This document shows positions 35,114 through 45,300 of a stretch of 58,696 nucleotides of DNA, in pieces. The notes below the pieces were generated by a model. The model worked only from the letters and a program-made list of their open reading frames with translations. It was not told where the DNA came from and made no database searches. How positions within the stretch are numbered: position 1 is the first letter of the stretch; each line of letters opens with the position of its first letter. The translations under genes were made by a program, and so were the position numbers. The stretch covers positions 1 through 58,696 of the forward strand of contig JBAZIR010000002.1 of NCBI GenBank assembly GCA_041651735.1, in the 5' to 3' direction. The stretch is from Verrucomicrobiia bacterium. Its GTDB lineage: Bacteria > Verrucomicrobiota > Verrucomicrobiia > CAIQCK01.

Positions 35114-35190
35114 GGCTCAATCCTTCTCGTTGGGTTTTCGACAGGGTTCTCCTGTAGCAACAGCGCGCCTCCAAAACAAGTTTTCTCTAT

Positions 35191-35206
35191 CGGCACTTCA
35201 TATGCA
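35191..35206 (+). promoter_or_regulatory. candidate sigma-54 (-24/-12) promoter
   Basis: cGGCACttcatatGCA has the GG-N10-GC spacing of the TGGCAC-N5-TTGCA consensus (mismatches at -26 T>C and -15 T>A). It is intergenic, on the same strand as the DUF3300 gene and ~290 nt upstream of it. Confidence 0.3.
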
Positions 35207-35495
35207 GGAATCGCATGTGGGTGATCATTGGAAACAGGGGGCGCCGCAAGATTACAGAAGTGTTAGGAAGGTGATTTTGCGCTTGCGCCTCCCCCCGAGG
35301 TTGATAGCATGCCCGCGAGGTTGGAACCGCTGTGGAGTGCTGCTGTCATGGCAGCGGTGGAGACGTTGTTTTTAAAATGCGGTGCAGAAGGGTTCTGGTC
35401 TTTTGAGACGTCAGCGGTTGTTTCGACTGGCTTGTTCTCAAACGAACTAGATTGGTATTTTCGTTCATTTCGCAACTCGAAGGGACATAAGAAAC

Positions 35496-36890
35496 ATGAA
35501 ACGTGTCTGTGCCGCGCTCATTGCCTTCAACGTGGTCATATACACCCCGGTTGAAGCGGCAGATGCCAATGCTTCCACGTCCGTCACGACGACGACCGTA
35601 ACGCAAACGCAGTCACAGCCCGTTCCACCACCAGCCGCGCCGGTGAAACGTAGCGCTGCCGACCTGGAGAAACTCTTGGCGCCGATTGCGCTCTACCCCG
35701 ATCCTCTGTTGTCGGTGATATTGCCCGCCTCGGTGTATCCACTGGAAATTGTCGAAGCCGCCCGGTTCGTGAAGGATCCCAACAATGTCGCGAAAATCGA
35801 CCAGCAATCCTGGGATGCGAATGTCAAATCGGTGGCGCATTTTCCATCTGTCATTCAGAAAATGGATGCAGACTTGTCGTGGACCATGGAACTCGGCCGC
35901 GCTTTTGTGGAACAACAGACTGATCTGATGAACGCGGTTCAATCGTTGCGTTTCAAGGCGCAAGCTGCCGGCTCACTGAAGGATACACCCCAGCAGAAGG
36001 TGGTCATCAGCAGCGCGGTGGTGGAAAGGACCGTGCAGCAACAGGTTATCTACGTGACCAATACGGTTGTGCAGATTCAACCTGTCAATCCGCAGGTGGT
36101 TTACGTGCCGGTATACAGTCCGACGGTTGTCTATACCTCGCCGCCGCCACACTCCACCCCGGACCCGATGGTTTCATTGCTCACCTTCGGCGCGGGTATC
36201 GCCGTGGGCGCGCTCATCGCGAACAATTGTGACTGGCACTGTGGGGGCGTGTACTGCTGGGGCGGAGGTTGGGGTCCACCTCCACCGCCTCCACCGCCGC
36301 CGCCCCATCCTCCCGGACCTCCCGGACCGCCCCATCCCCCGGGGCCTCCAGGACCGCCCCATCCCCCGGGACCTCCGGGACCGCACACAAATCCTCCGGG
36401 ATCTGTGGCACAATCAACGTCGCCAAACCATCCTCCTTCGGCTACGTCGCCGGGAGGCGGTTCATCGGGCCAGCGATGGCAACCGGACCCGAACCATAAG
36501 CAGAGTTTTGCTCCAACCTCTTCTCCGACCAGCGCCAAGTCATTTGACGCGCGTGGTTGGGGATCAGGTTCCACCACGCCATCCTCCTACAGCCGCCCCT
36601 CCACGACTCAGTCGGGGTCGGGGTATGCGCGCCCGACGACTTCGGGCCAGTCATATGCCCGTCCGACAACCTCGGGCCAGTCCTACTCGGGCCAGTCGTA
36701 TGCCCGTCCGACTTCCTCGACGTCAGGCTATTCGCACGGCAGCGCGTTTGGTGGAATGGACGGCGGAGCCTCCACACACGAATACAGCAACCGCGGTTCC
36801 TCCAGCCGTGGCGGGTTCGGCGGCGGCGGATTCGGCGGTGGCTCGCACGGCGGCGGTGGCGGCGGCGGCTTCAGAGGAGGGCGCCGGTGA
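35496..36890 (+). CDS. DUF3300 domain protein with Pro/Gly/Ser-rich low-complexity C-terminal half
   Basis: Signal peptide MKRVCAALIAFNVVIYTPVEAADA. LEKLLAPIALYPDPLLSVILPASVYPLEIVEAARFV...SWDANVKSVAHFPSVIQKMD is the DUF3300 signature. The tail contains PPPPPPPPPHPPGPPGPPHPPGPPGPPHPPGPPGP, YARPTTSGQS repeats and a GGFGGGGFGGGSHGGGGGGGFRGGRR end. Confidence 0.85.
   Translation: MKRVCAALIAFNVVIYTPVEAADANASTSVTTTTVTQTQSQPVPPPAAPVKRSAADLEKLLAPIALYPDPLLSVILPASVYPLEIVEAARFVKDPNNVAKIDQQSWDANVKSVAHFPSVIQKMDADLSWTMELGRAFVEQQTDLMNAVQSLRFKAQAAGSLKDTPQQKVVISSAVVERTVQQQVIYVTNTVVQIQPVNPQVVYVPVYSPTVVYTSPPPHSTPDPMVSLLTFGAGIAVGALIANNCDWHCGGVYCWGGGWGPPPPPPPPPPHPPGPPGPPHPPGPPGPPHPPGPPGPHTNPPGSVAQSTSPNHPPSATSPGGGSSGQRWQPDPNHKQSFAPTSSPTSAKSFDARGWGSGSTTPSSYSRPSTTQSGSGYARPTTSGQSYARPTTSGQSYSGQSYARPTSSTSGYSHGSAFGGMDGGASTHEYSNRGSSSRGGFGGGGFGGGSHGGGGGGGFRGGRR
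36303..36383 (+). repeat. 3 x 27-nt tandem repeat (encodes PHPPGPPGP units)
   Basis: Copies at 36303-36329, 36330-36356 and 36357-36383: ccccatcc[t/c]cc[c/g]gg[a/g][c/g]cctcc[c/a/g]ggaccg. They differ at a few wobble-type positions. Confidence 0.85.
36624..36719 (+). repeat. 30-nt-unit tandem repeat (encodes YARPTTSGQS units; 2 full + partial copies)
   Basis: tatgcgcgcccgacgacttcgggccagtca (36624-36653), tatgcccgtccgacaacctcgggccagtcc (36654-36683), partial tactcgggccagtcg (36684-36698), then tatgcccgtccgacttcctcg (36699-36719). Confidence 0.8.
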
Positions 36891-36922
36891 GAAGCACTGA
36901 AACACTCAATCTTCAAGTTGAT

Positions 36923-37921
36923 ATGAAAACTTCTCAAACAACCTTTTCGATGACACCCCGAAGGCAAGCCGTGCTGTTTCCCGGTATTCGCTCGCTGGGC
37001 CGCGCGTTGGGTGGCTGTCTGCTCATGGCGTTGCTCGTGGCTGCCATGCCCGCGCTCCGGGCGGCCGACACGGCCAAGAGTTTCAACTCGCCCGAAGAAG
37101 CGGTGGCGGCGTTGACGGCTGCCGTGAACGCGAAAGACGCGGACGCCCTGCGCGTCATCTTCGGACCGGCTTCGGCGGACATCAAAAACAACGACCCTGT
37201 GCAAGCCGCCAACGAACTCACGGCGTTCGCAGCCGCGATCAAGCAAGCCAGCCGTATCGTGCGCAAGTCTGAAACCCGATGCGTTATGGAAGTCGGAAAA
37301 GAGTTCTGGCCCTTCCCGATTCCGGTGGTGAAGGTCAGCGGTCAATGGCAGTTCGACGTTGAAGCCGGCAAAGAGGAGTTGCTGAATCGCCGTATCGGCC
37401 GCAACGAATTGCTGGCGCTCGGGGTCATGCGTGCTTACGTGGAGGCCCAGCGCGAATATGCCGGCCGCGATCGCGACTGTGACGAGGTGCTGGAGTACGC
37501 CCAGCACCTCCGCAGCACTCCCGGCAAGAAGGATGGCCTCTATTGGTCTGCGGAAATTGATAAGGAGATAAGCCCGTTGGGTCCCCTCGTGGCCGAGGCT
37601 CAAGCCCACGGCTACGGAGTCAAATCGAACGGCGCGAGCAATGCGCCACGGTCGTTCAACGGCTATTTCTTCAAGATACTCACCCGTCAGGGTCAACACG
37701 CTCCGGGTGGCAGATACGACTATGTCATCAACAGCAACATGATCGGCGGCTTTGCCTTGGTGGCTTGGCCGGCGGAATACGGCCGGTCTGGCATCATGAC
37801 CTTCATCGTCAATCAGCAGGGCTTCGTGTATCAAAAAGACCTGGGTCCAAAAACTGCGTCATCCGTCAAAAGCATGACGAGCTACGATCCCGACAAGACG
37901 TGGACGCTGAGCCGCGACTGA
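36923..37921 (+). CDS. DUF2950 domain secreted protein
   Basis: Start at ATG 36923, 32 nt after the DUF3300 stop. The track ORF from 36557 overlaps the previous gene. FNSPEEAVAALTAAVNAKDADALRVIFGP...FWPFPIPVVKVSGQWQFDVEAGKEELLNRRIGRNELLA...GKKDGLYW...GGFALVAWPAEYGRSGIMTFIVNQQGFVYQKDLG matches DUF2950. Confidence 0.8.
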   Translation: MKTSQTTFSMTPRRQAVLFPGIRSLGRALGGCLLMALLVAAMPALRAADTAKSFNSPEEAVAALTAAVNAKDADALRVIFGPASADIKNNDPVQAANELTAFAAAIKQASRIVRKSETRCVMEVGKEFWPFPIPVVKVSGQWQFDVEAGKEELLNRRIGRNELLALGVMRAYVEAQREYAGRDRDCDEVLEYAQHLRSTPGKKDGLYWSAEIDKEISPLGPLVAEAQAHGYGVKSNGASNAPRSFNGYFFKILTRQGQHAPGGRYDYVINSNMIGGFALVAWPAEYGRSGIMTFIVNQQGFVYQKDLGPKTASSVKSMTSYDPDKTWTLSRD

Positions 37922-37967
37922 CACTCCGAATCCCGGAGCAGGAGGGCGCGAAAATAGAAAGTGTAAG

Positions 37968-39188
37968 ATGAAACTTCTGTCCGTTCATCTCTTGCAGCGG
38001 CAGATGTTCATCTGGCTTCCGACCGTTGCCGGCCTGCTGGTGGGTGTCTGCTCCGGCTGCAAACCAAAGATCCCGCCGCCGGGACCTACCGAAGTGTTGG
38101 TGGCGCCTGTGGCGGTCAAGGACGTGCCAATCTGCCGGGAGTGGGTGGGCACGACAGATGGCGTGACCAACGCCACCATCCGCGCGCAGGTCACAGGCTA
38201 CCTGTTCAGCCAGAATTACGAGGAAGGCAGGCTGATCAAGAAGGACGACCTCTTGTTCAGGCTGGATCCCCGGACGTTTGAGGCGGCACTGGATCAGGCC
38301 AAGGGAAACCTCGCCCAAGCGGAGGCGCAACTGGGCAAGACAGAGCTGGACGTAAAGCGCTACACGCCGCTGGCGAAAGAACAGGCCATCAGCCAGCAAG
38401 AACTGGACGATGCCATTCAGGCCAATCTGGCAGCGAAGGCGCAGGTGCAAGCGGGTAAGGCGGCTGTTGAACAAGCGCAGCTCAGCCTGAACTTCACCCG
38501 GATCACGTCTCCCATCCCTGGCATCGTCGGCATCTCGAAGGTGGGCATCGGCGACTTGATATCGCCCAGCAGCGGCGAGCTGACAACGGTGTCCATCGTG
38601 GACCCAATCCGGGTGCATTTCTTCCTTAGCGAGCAGGAATACCTGCGCGCGGTCAAACAGCCCAAAGTCAGCGGCTGGGGCAAGGGTGGGCTTGGACCCG
38701 AACTTTCATTGCTTCTCGCCGATGGCAGCACGTATGCACACAAAGGCCGCATCAATGCGGTGGATCGGCAGGTGGACGACAAGACGGGCACGATTCACCT
38801 CACGGCGCACGTCCCGAACCCGGACCTGATGTTGCGCCCGGGATTGTTTGTGCGTGTGCAGGCATTGATTTTCACAGTGCGCAACGCTTTGGTGGTTCCG
38901 CAGCGCGCCGTGAACGAGTTGCAGGGCAAGTATCAGGTGGCCGTCGTGGGGGCCGATGGCAAGGTTTCCATCCGGCCTGTCAAGGTCAGCGAACGGTTTG
39001 GCTCGGATTGGATGGTCGAGGAGGGCCTCAAAGCCGGTGAACTGGTGGTGGTGGAAGGCGTGCAGAAGGCACGCGACGGAATGACCGTGGTTGCCAAGCC
39101 GTTTGTCGCGCCGAGCGCCAGCCTGCCTGCTCCGGTGCCTGAGCCGACGGTCCCGTCGACTCCCGCCTCCAAACCCCAACACAAGTAG
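37968..39188 (+). CDS. RND efflux periplasmic adaptor (membrane fusion protein, AcrA/MexA type)
   Basis: Lipobox LLVGVCSGC. ...RAQVTGYL...FRLDPRTFEAALDQAKGNLAQAEAQL...LNFTRITSPIPGIVG... is a typical HlyD/MFP barrel-sandwich plus hairpin. Confidence 0.9.
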   Translation: MKLLSVHLLQRQMFIWLPTVAGLLVGVCSGCKPKIPPPGPTEVLVAPVAVKDVPICREWVGTTDGVTNATIRAQVTGYLFSQNYEEGRLIKKDDLLFRLDPRTFEAALDQAKGNLAQAEAQLGKTELDVKRYTPLAKEQAISQQELDDAIQANLAAKAQVQAGKAAVEQAQLSLNFTRITSPIPGIVGISKVGIGDLISPSSGELTTVSIVDPIRVHFFLSEQEYLRAVKQPKVSGWGKGGLGPELSLLLADGSTYAHKGRINAVDRQVDDKTGTIHLTAHVPNPDLMLRPGLFVRVQALIFTVRNALVVPQRAVNELQGKYQVAVVGADGKVSIRPVKVSERFGSDWMVEEGLKAGELVVVEGVQKARDGMTVVAKPFVAPSASLPAPVPEPTVPSTPASKPQHK

Positions 39189-39194
39189 GCCATC

Positions 39195-42100
39195 GTGCCC
39201 AAGTTTTTCATCAACCGGCCGATCGTGGCCATAGTGATTTCGATCATCATGGTCATCGTCGGCTTGGTGGCCATGCTCGGCCTGCCGGTCGCGCAGTTTC
39301 CGAGCATTGTTCCGCCGGAGATTCAGGTGCAGACGACGTTCCTCGGCGCGGACGCCTTGACGGTGGAAGAGTCAGTCGCCACGCCGCTGGAGCAACAGAT
39401 CAACGGCGTGGACAACATGCTCTACATGTACTCCGTCAACGCCAACAACGGCCAGATGACGTTGCGCGTGGCGTTCGACGTGGCCACCGACCCCAATGTG
39501 GACCAGGTGCTCACGCAGATGCGGCAGCAGCAGGCGCAGACACAGTTGCCGCAGAGTGTGTTGCGCTACGGCATCACCAACCCCAAGTCGCTCAGCAGCC
39601 CGCTGATGCTCATCACGCTTTTCTCGCCCAAGCGCACTCACGACGCGACGTTCCTTGCCAACTACGCTTACATCAACATCAACGACCCGCTCTCGCGCCT
39701 GCCGGGCGTCGGCCAGGTGCAGATCTTCGGCGCGGGCCAGTATGCAATGCGCATCTGGCTGCTGCCCGACCAGCTTGCCAAACTCGGCGTGACCGTCAGC
39801 GACATCAACGACGCGCTCAACGCCCAGAACACCGTCAACCCCTCCGGCCAGATTGGCGCGGAACCGGCGCCGGCCGGCCAGGAATTCACCTATGCCGTCC
39901 GCTCACAGGGCCGGCTTGTGAACGAGGAGGAATTCGGCCAGGTGGTCATTCGCGCCAAGGCCGACGGCGCCATCGTGCGCCTGAAGGACGTTGCGCGGAT
40001 CGAATTGGGCACGCAGGTCTATAATATCATCGGCCGGATGAACGGCGCGCCCGCGGCGATCCTGGCCGTCTATCAGTTGCCCGGCTCCAACGCCATCGAA
40101 GCGGCGCGCAACGTGCGGAAGCTGATGGACGAGATGAAGCAACGGTTCCCCGCCGACCTCGATTATCAGGTCTCGCTCGACACCACGCTCGCCGTGACCG
40201 AAGGCATCCGGGAAATCGCCGATACGCTTTGGCAGGCGGTCATCCTGGTCATCCTGGTGGTCTTCATCTTTCTCCAAGGCTGGCGCGCGACGCTCATCCC
40301 GTTGATCGCCGTCCCGGTCTCGCTGATCGGCACGTTTGCAGTCTTCCCACTCATCGGGTTCTCCATCAACACACTGTCACTCTTTGGTTTGGTGCTCGCC
40401 ATCGGCCTGGTGGTGGATGACGCCATCGTCGTCGTCGAGGCCGTGGAACACCACATCGAAGGCGGCATGTCTCCACGTGACGCGACTCTCAAGGCGATGG
40501 AGGAAGTCTCCGGCCCCGTCGTCGCCATCGCATTGATTCTCTTCGCCGTGTTCGTGCCGACAGCGTTCATCCCGGGCATCACAGGGCGGCTCTATCAACA
40601 GTTCGCCGTCACCATCGCAGTCTCGATGCTCATCTCCGCCTTTAACGCCCTCTCGCTCAGTCCTGCGCTGGCGGCGATGCTGTTGCGGCCCCGCAAGGAA
40701 CCGCGCGGGCTGGCCCGCTGGTTCTTCGGCGGGTTCAACCGCTGGTTCGCGCGCGCGACGGACGGCTACGTCGGCGTCTGCGGCATGTTAATCCGTAAGA
40801 TCGGGTGCAGCGTGTTCGTGCTGATCGTGGTCGTCGCGGCGGCCGGTGTCCTTGGCGTGAAGCTGCCGAGCGGTTTCCTTCCGGAGGAAGACCAGGGTTA
40901 CTTCTATCTCGACATCCAGTTGCCCGACGCCTCCTCGCTCCAACGGATGGACAAGGTTTGCAGGAAGGTTGAAGACATCCTCCGGCATACCCCCGGTGTT
41001 GAGGTGTACAACACGATCGTCGGCTACAGCATCCTCAATCAGGTCAACACCACCTACAACGGGTATTTTTCCGTCACGCTCAAGCCGTGGCACGAACGCA
41101 AGAAGCCGGAGGAGAAATACGCCGCCATCGTCGCCTACGTGAACCGCGAGCTGGCCCGGTTGCCCGACGCCCAGGCGTTCGCGTTCTCGCCGCCGGCGAT
41201 TCCGGGCATCGGTGTGTCGGGCGGGTTGACGTTCATGCTGGAGGATCGCGCCGGTAAAGGACTGGATTTCCTGGCGGAGAACACGAAGCGATTCCTTGCC
41301 GCCGCGCGCCAGCGGCCGGAGTTTGCGGCGGTGACGACGTCGTTCTCGTCCGCGGTGCCGCAGGTGTTCGCGAGGGTGGATCGCGACAAGGTGATCCGGC
41401 AGGGCATCCCCCTCAGCGACGTTTACGAAACGCTCCAGTGCTTCATGGGCAGCACGTTCATCAACTACTTCAACCGCTTCGGCCGGCAGTGGCAGGTCTA
41501 TGTGCTGGCCGGCGGCGAGTATCGCATGCGCGCCGAGGATCTCGGCCAGTTCTATGTGCGCAACTCGGCCGGCGATATGGTGCCGCTCGCGGCGCTGCTC
41601 ACCAATGAGAACACCGCCGGGCCGGAGTTTACCGTCCGCTACAACGAGTATCGCTCTGCGCAGATCAACGTCATCCAGGCTCCAGGCTACAGTTCCGGTC
41701 AGGCGATGGCGGCGCTGGAGCAGGTGTTTCGCGACACGATGCCCGCGGACATGGGCTACGACTACCTCGGCATGTCGTTCCAGCAAAAGGCCGCCTCCGA
41801 GGGCGTGCCGGCGTCCGTCATTTTCGGCCTGTCGCTGCTGTTTGTGTTCCTGATTCTCGCGGCACAATATGAAAGCTGGTCGCTGCCGTTCAGTGTGTTG
41901 CTCGGCACACCGGTGGCGGTGTTTGGCGCGTTCGCCGCACTGATGTCGCGCCAGATGGAGAACAACATCTATGCGCAGATCGGTCTTGTCATGCTGATCG
42001 GTCTGGCCGCCAAGAACGCCATTTTGATCGTCGAGTTCGCCAAGTCGCGATTTGAAGCCGGCCGTCCCATCGCAGAAGCCGCGCTCGAAGGCGCGCGATT

Positions 42101-42362
42101 GCGGTTGAGACCGATTCTGATGACCGCCTTCGCCTTCATCATGGGCACCGTGCCGCTGGCCATCGCGTCGGGATCAGGCTCGATCTCGCGGCAGATTCTC
42201 GGGACCGTGGTCATCGGCGGCATGCTCGCTGCGACGTTGATCGCGGTGTTTCTAATTCCGGTCACTTTCTATGTGGTCGAAAAGCTCGCGCACCGCCACA
42301 ACCCGGCGCCGGTCGCAACACCGGGCATGGAGCCGGGCGGTGGAACGCCGACGGGCAGCTGA
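39195..42362 (+). CDS. RND (HAE1) efflux permease, copy 1
   Basis: GTG start 6 nt after the MFP stop. MPKFFINRPIVAIV... Proton-relay region GLVVDDAIVVVE and GLAAKNAILIVEFA present. 1055 aa. Confidence 0.95.
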   Translation: MPKFFINRPIVAIVISIIMVIVGLVAMLGLPVAQFPSIVPPEIQVQTTFLGADALTVEESVATPLEQQINGVDNMLYMYSVNANNGQMTLRVAFDVATDPNVDQVLTQMRQQQAQTQLPQSVLRYGITNPKSLSSPLMLITLFSPKRTHDATFLANYAYININDPLSRLPGVGQVQIFGAGQYAMRIWLLPDQLAKLGVTVSDINDALNAQNTVNPSGQIGAEPAPAGQEFTYAVRSQGRLVNEEEFGQVVIRAKADGAIVRLKDVARIELGTQVYNIIGRMNGAPAAILAVYQLPGSNAIEAARNVRKLMDEMKQRFPADLDYQVSLDTTLAVTEGIREIADTLWQAVILVILVVFIFLQGWRATLIPLIAVPVSLIGTFAVFPLIGFSINTLSLFGLVLAIGLVVDDAIVVVEAVEHHIEGGMSPRDATLKAMEEVSGPVVAIALILFAVFVPTAFIPGITGRLYQQFAVTIAVSMLISAFNALSLSPALAAMLLRPRKEPRGLARWFFGGFNRWFARATDGYVGVCGMLIRKIGCSVFVLIVVVAAAGVLGVKLPSGFLPEEDQGYFYLDIQLPDASSLQRMDKVCRKVEDILRHTPGVEVYNTIVGYSILNQVNTTYNGYFSVTLKPWHERKKPEEKYAAIVAYVNRELARLPDAQAFAFSPPAIPGIGVSGGLTFMLEDRAGKGLDFLAENTKRFLAAARQRPEFAAVTTSFSSAVPQVFARVDRDKVIRQGIPLSDVYETLQCFMGSTFINYFNRFGRQWQVYVLAGGEYRMRAEDLGQFYVRNSAGDMVPLAALLTNENTAGPEFTVRYNEYRSAQINVIQAPGYSSGQAMAALEQVFRDTMPADMGYDYLGMSFQQKAASEGVPASVIFGLSLLFVFLILAAQYESWSLPFSVLLGTPVAVFGAFAALMSRQMENNIYAQIGLVMLIGLAAKNAILIVEFAKSRFEAGRPIAEAALEGARLRLRPILMTAFAFIMGTVPLAIASGSGSISRQILGTVVIGGMLAATLIAVFLIPVTFYVVEKLAHRHNPAPVATPGMEPGGGTPTGS

Positions 42363-42385
42363 GGATTGCAGAAGACGGAACTGTC

Positions 42386-45300
42386 ATGTGCAGGTTCTTC
42401 ATTAACCGGCCCATCGTGGCGATGGTGATAGCCATCGTGACGGTCATCTTGGGCGTTGTGGCCATCCTGGGCCTGCCCATCGCGCGGTTCCCCAACATCG
42501 TCCCGCCGGAAATCCTCGTGCAGAGCACCTACGTGGGCGCCGACGCGCTCACGGTCGAGGAATCCGTCGCCACGCCGATTGAGCAGCAGATGAGCGGCGT
42601 GGACAACATGAACTACATGTATTCGGTCAACGCCAACAACGGGCAGAGCAACCTGCGCGTGAACTTTGACGTGAAGACCAACCCGAATACCGACCAGATG
42701 CTTACGCAGATGCGGCTCGGTCAGGCGCAGTCGCAGCTCCCGACGGAGGTGAACAACTACGGCATCATCGTTCGGAAAGTCAGCAGCAGCCCGCTGATGG
42801 TCTTCGCGCTCTATTCGCCCAAAGGCACCTACGACGAAATTTTCATCGCCAACTACGCCTATATCAACATCAACGATCCACTTTCGCGCGTGCCGGGCAT
42901 CGGTCAGGTCCAGATCTACGGCGCAGGCCAATATGCGATGCGGCTCTGGGTGAAGCCCGACCGCCTGGCGCAACTCGGCGTGACCGTCAGCGACATCACG
43001 AACGCGCTCAATGCTCAGAACACGACCAATCCCTCCGGCCAGATCAGCGCGGAGCCGTCGCCAGACGGCGCGGAGTACACCTACACGGTGCGCTCGCAAG
43101 GCCGGCTTGTGCATGAAGAGGAGTTTAAGCAGATCGTTATTCGCGCCAATCCCGACGGGTCGTTGCTACGCGTGAAAGACGTGGCCCGCGTCGAACTGGG
43201 CGCGCAGCTTTACAACATCAAGGGCCTCTTCAACGGCAAGCCGGGCGCGGTCATCTGCGTTTATCAACTTCCCGACTCCAACGCGATTGACACCGCAACC
43301 CGTGCCCGCAAGCTGATGGAGGAATGGAAGAAGCGGTTCCCGAAGGATATCGAATACACGGTCGCGCTCGACACGACCGAGTCCGTGACCGAGGGCATCA
43401 AGGAGATCATCGAGACGCTCTACGAAGCACTGATTCTCGTGATTATCGTCGTTTTCGTGTTTCTGCAAGGCTGGCGCGCGACGCTCATTCCCCTGCTGGC
43501 GGTGCCTGTGTCGCTGGTCGGGACATTCGCCGTGTTCCCGCTGCTTGGTTTCTCCATCAACACGCTCTCTCTCTTCGGCCTGGTGCTGGCCATCGGCCTC
43601 GTGGTGGACGATGCCATCGTGGTCGTCGAAGCCGTCGAGCATCACATCGCACAGGGTCTGTCGCCCAAGGAGGCCACGCTCAAGGCGATGGAACAAGTCT
43701 CCGGCCCCGTCGTCGCCATCGCACTCATCCTCGCGGCGGTGTTCATCCCGACGGCGTTCATCCCCGGCATCACCGGCCAGCTGTACCAGCAATTCGCCAT
43801 CACTATCGCGATCTCGGTCCTGCTCTCCGCGTTCAACGCGCTCTCGCTTAGCCCGGCACTGTCGGCGCTGTTGCTGCGGCCGAAGCAGGAGTCGAAAGGA
43901 CTGCTCCAGAGATTCTACGGTGGTTTCAATCGCCTCTTCGGACGGACCACCAACGGCTACGTCAGCCTCTGCAGCGTGTTGATCCGCAAATCCTCCATCA
44001 GTCTCCTGTTTCTGTTGATCGTAGGCGTGGCGAGCGGATGGATTGGCGGCAAGGTGCCGATGAGCTTCCTGCCGGACGAAGACCAGGGTTACGTCTACGG
44101 CGGCCTCCAACTGCCGAACGCCTCCTCGCTTCAGCGCACCACCGAGGCCTGCCTCAAGGCGGACCAGATCATTCGCAACACGCCCGGTGTCGAATGCTGC
44201 ACGACCATCGTTGGCTTCAGCCTGATCAGCAACGTGGCCGCCACCTATAGCGGGTTTTTCTTCATCAAGCTCAAGCCGTGGGCGGATCGCAAGACCATCG
44301 CGGAACGATACCGCTTCATCATGCTCCACCTGAACCGCGGGCTGCAAAAAATTCCCGACGCCTTCGGGTTCGCGTTTCCACCGCCGGCCATCCCCGGCGT
44401 CGGCACCGCCGGTGGCGTCACGTTTCTGCTTGAAGACCGCGCGGGCCGCGACGTGGCGTTTCTGGCCGAGAACGTCGAGAAGTTCGTCGCCGCCGCGCGC
44501 CAGCGGCCGGAGTTGGGTGGCGTGCTGACGACGTTCCTGCCGAGTGTGCCGCAGCAGTTTGTGAAAGTGGATCGCGACAGGGTCCTCAGGCAGGGTGTCA
44601 ACCTGAGCGACGTGTATCAGACGCTCCAGTGCTTCATGGGCGGCACGTTCGTCAACTACTTCAACCGGTTTGGCCGGCAGTGGCAGGTCTATGTGGAGGC
44701 CGAGGGCGATTACCGGACGCAGGGCGAGAAGGTCGGCCAGTTCTACGTTCGCAGCAACAACAAGCAGATGGTGCCCCTCTCCGCGCTGACAACGCTGGAA
44801 TCGCAGTCCGGCCCGGAGTTCACGATGCGCTACAACCTCTACCGTTGCGCGCAACTCAACGTGACGGCCAAGCCCGGCTTTAGTTCCGCACAGGCCATGA
44901 AGGCGCTGGAGGAAGTGTTCGAGAAGACGATGCCGCGCGAGATGGGCTATGACTATCTGGCGATGTCCTTCCAGGAGAAGAAGGCGCAGCAAGGCATCTC
45001 GCCGGTCGCCATTTTCAGCCTGTCGTTGCTGTTCGTGTTCCTGATCCTCGCCGCGCAATATGAAAGCTGGTCGCTGCCGTTCAGCGTCCTGCTCAGCACG
45101 CCCGTCGCGGTGTTTGGCGCGTTCGGCGCGTTGATGATCCGGCAGATGGAGAACAACATCTACGCCCAGATCGGGCTGGTGATGCTCATCGGGCTGGCCG
45201 CCAAGAACGCCATCCTCATCGTCGAGTTCGCCAGAACGGAACACGAGGGCGGCAAGGACATTGCCGAAGCGGCGCTGGCCGGGGCGAAGTTGCGGTTGCG

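Noticed and set aside
35112-35554. Track ORFs 35112..35375 + (87 aa) and 35309..35554 + (81 aa) in the leader upstream of DUF3300.
   Set aside because: The amino-acid composition is odd, there is no SD, and the second ORF overlaps the DUF3300 start out of frame. They are treated as non-coding.
36290-36390. PPGPPGPPHPPGPPG stretch considered as a collagen-like triple-helix domain.
   Set aside because: There are only ~10 interrupted G-x-y-like triplets with His/Pro insertions. This is too short and irregular for a collagen call, and it is better described as a low-complexity Pro-rich spacer.
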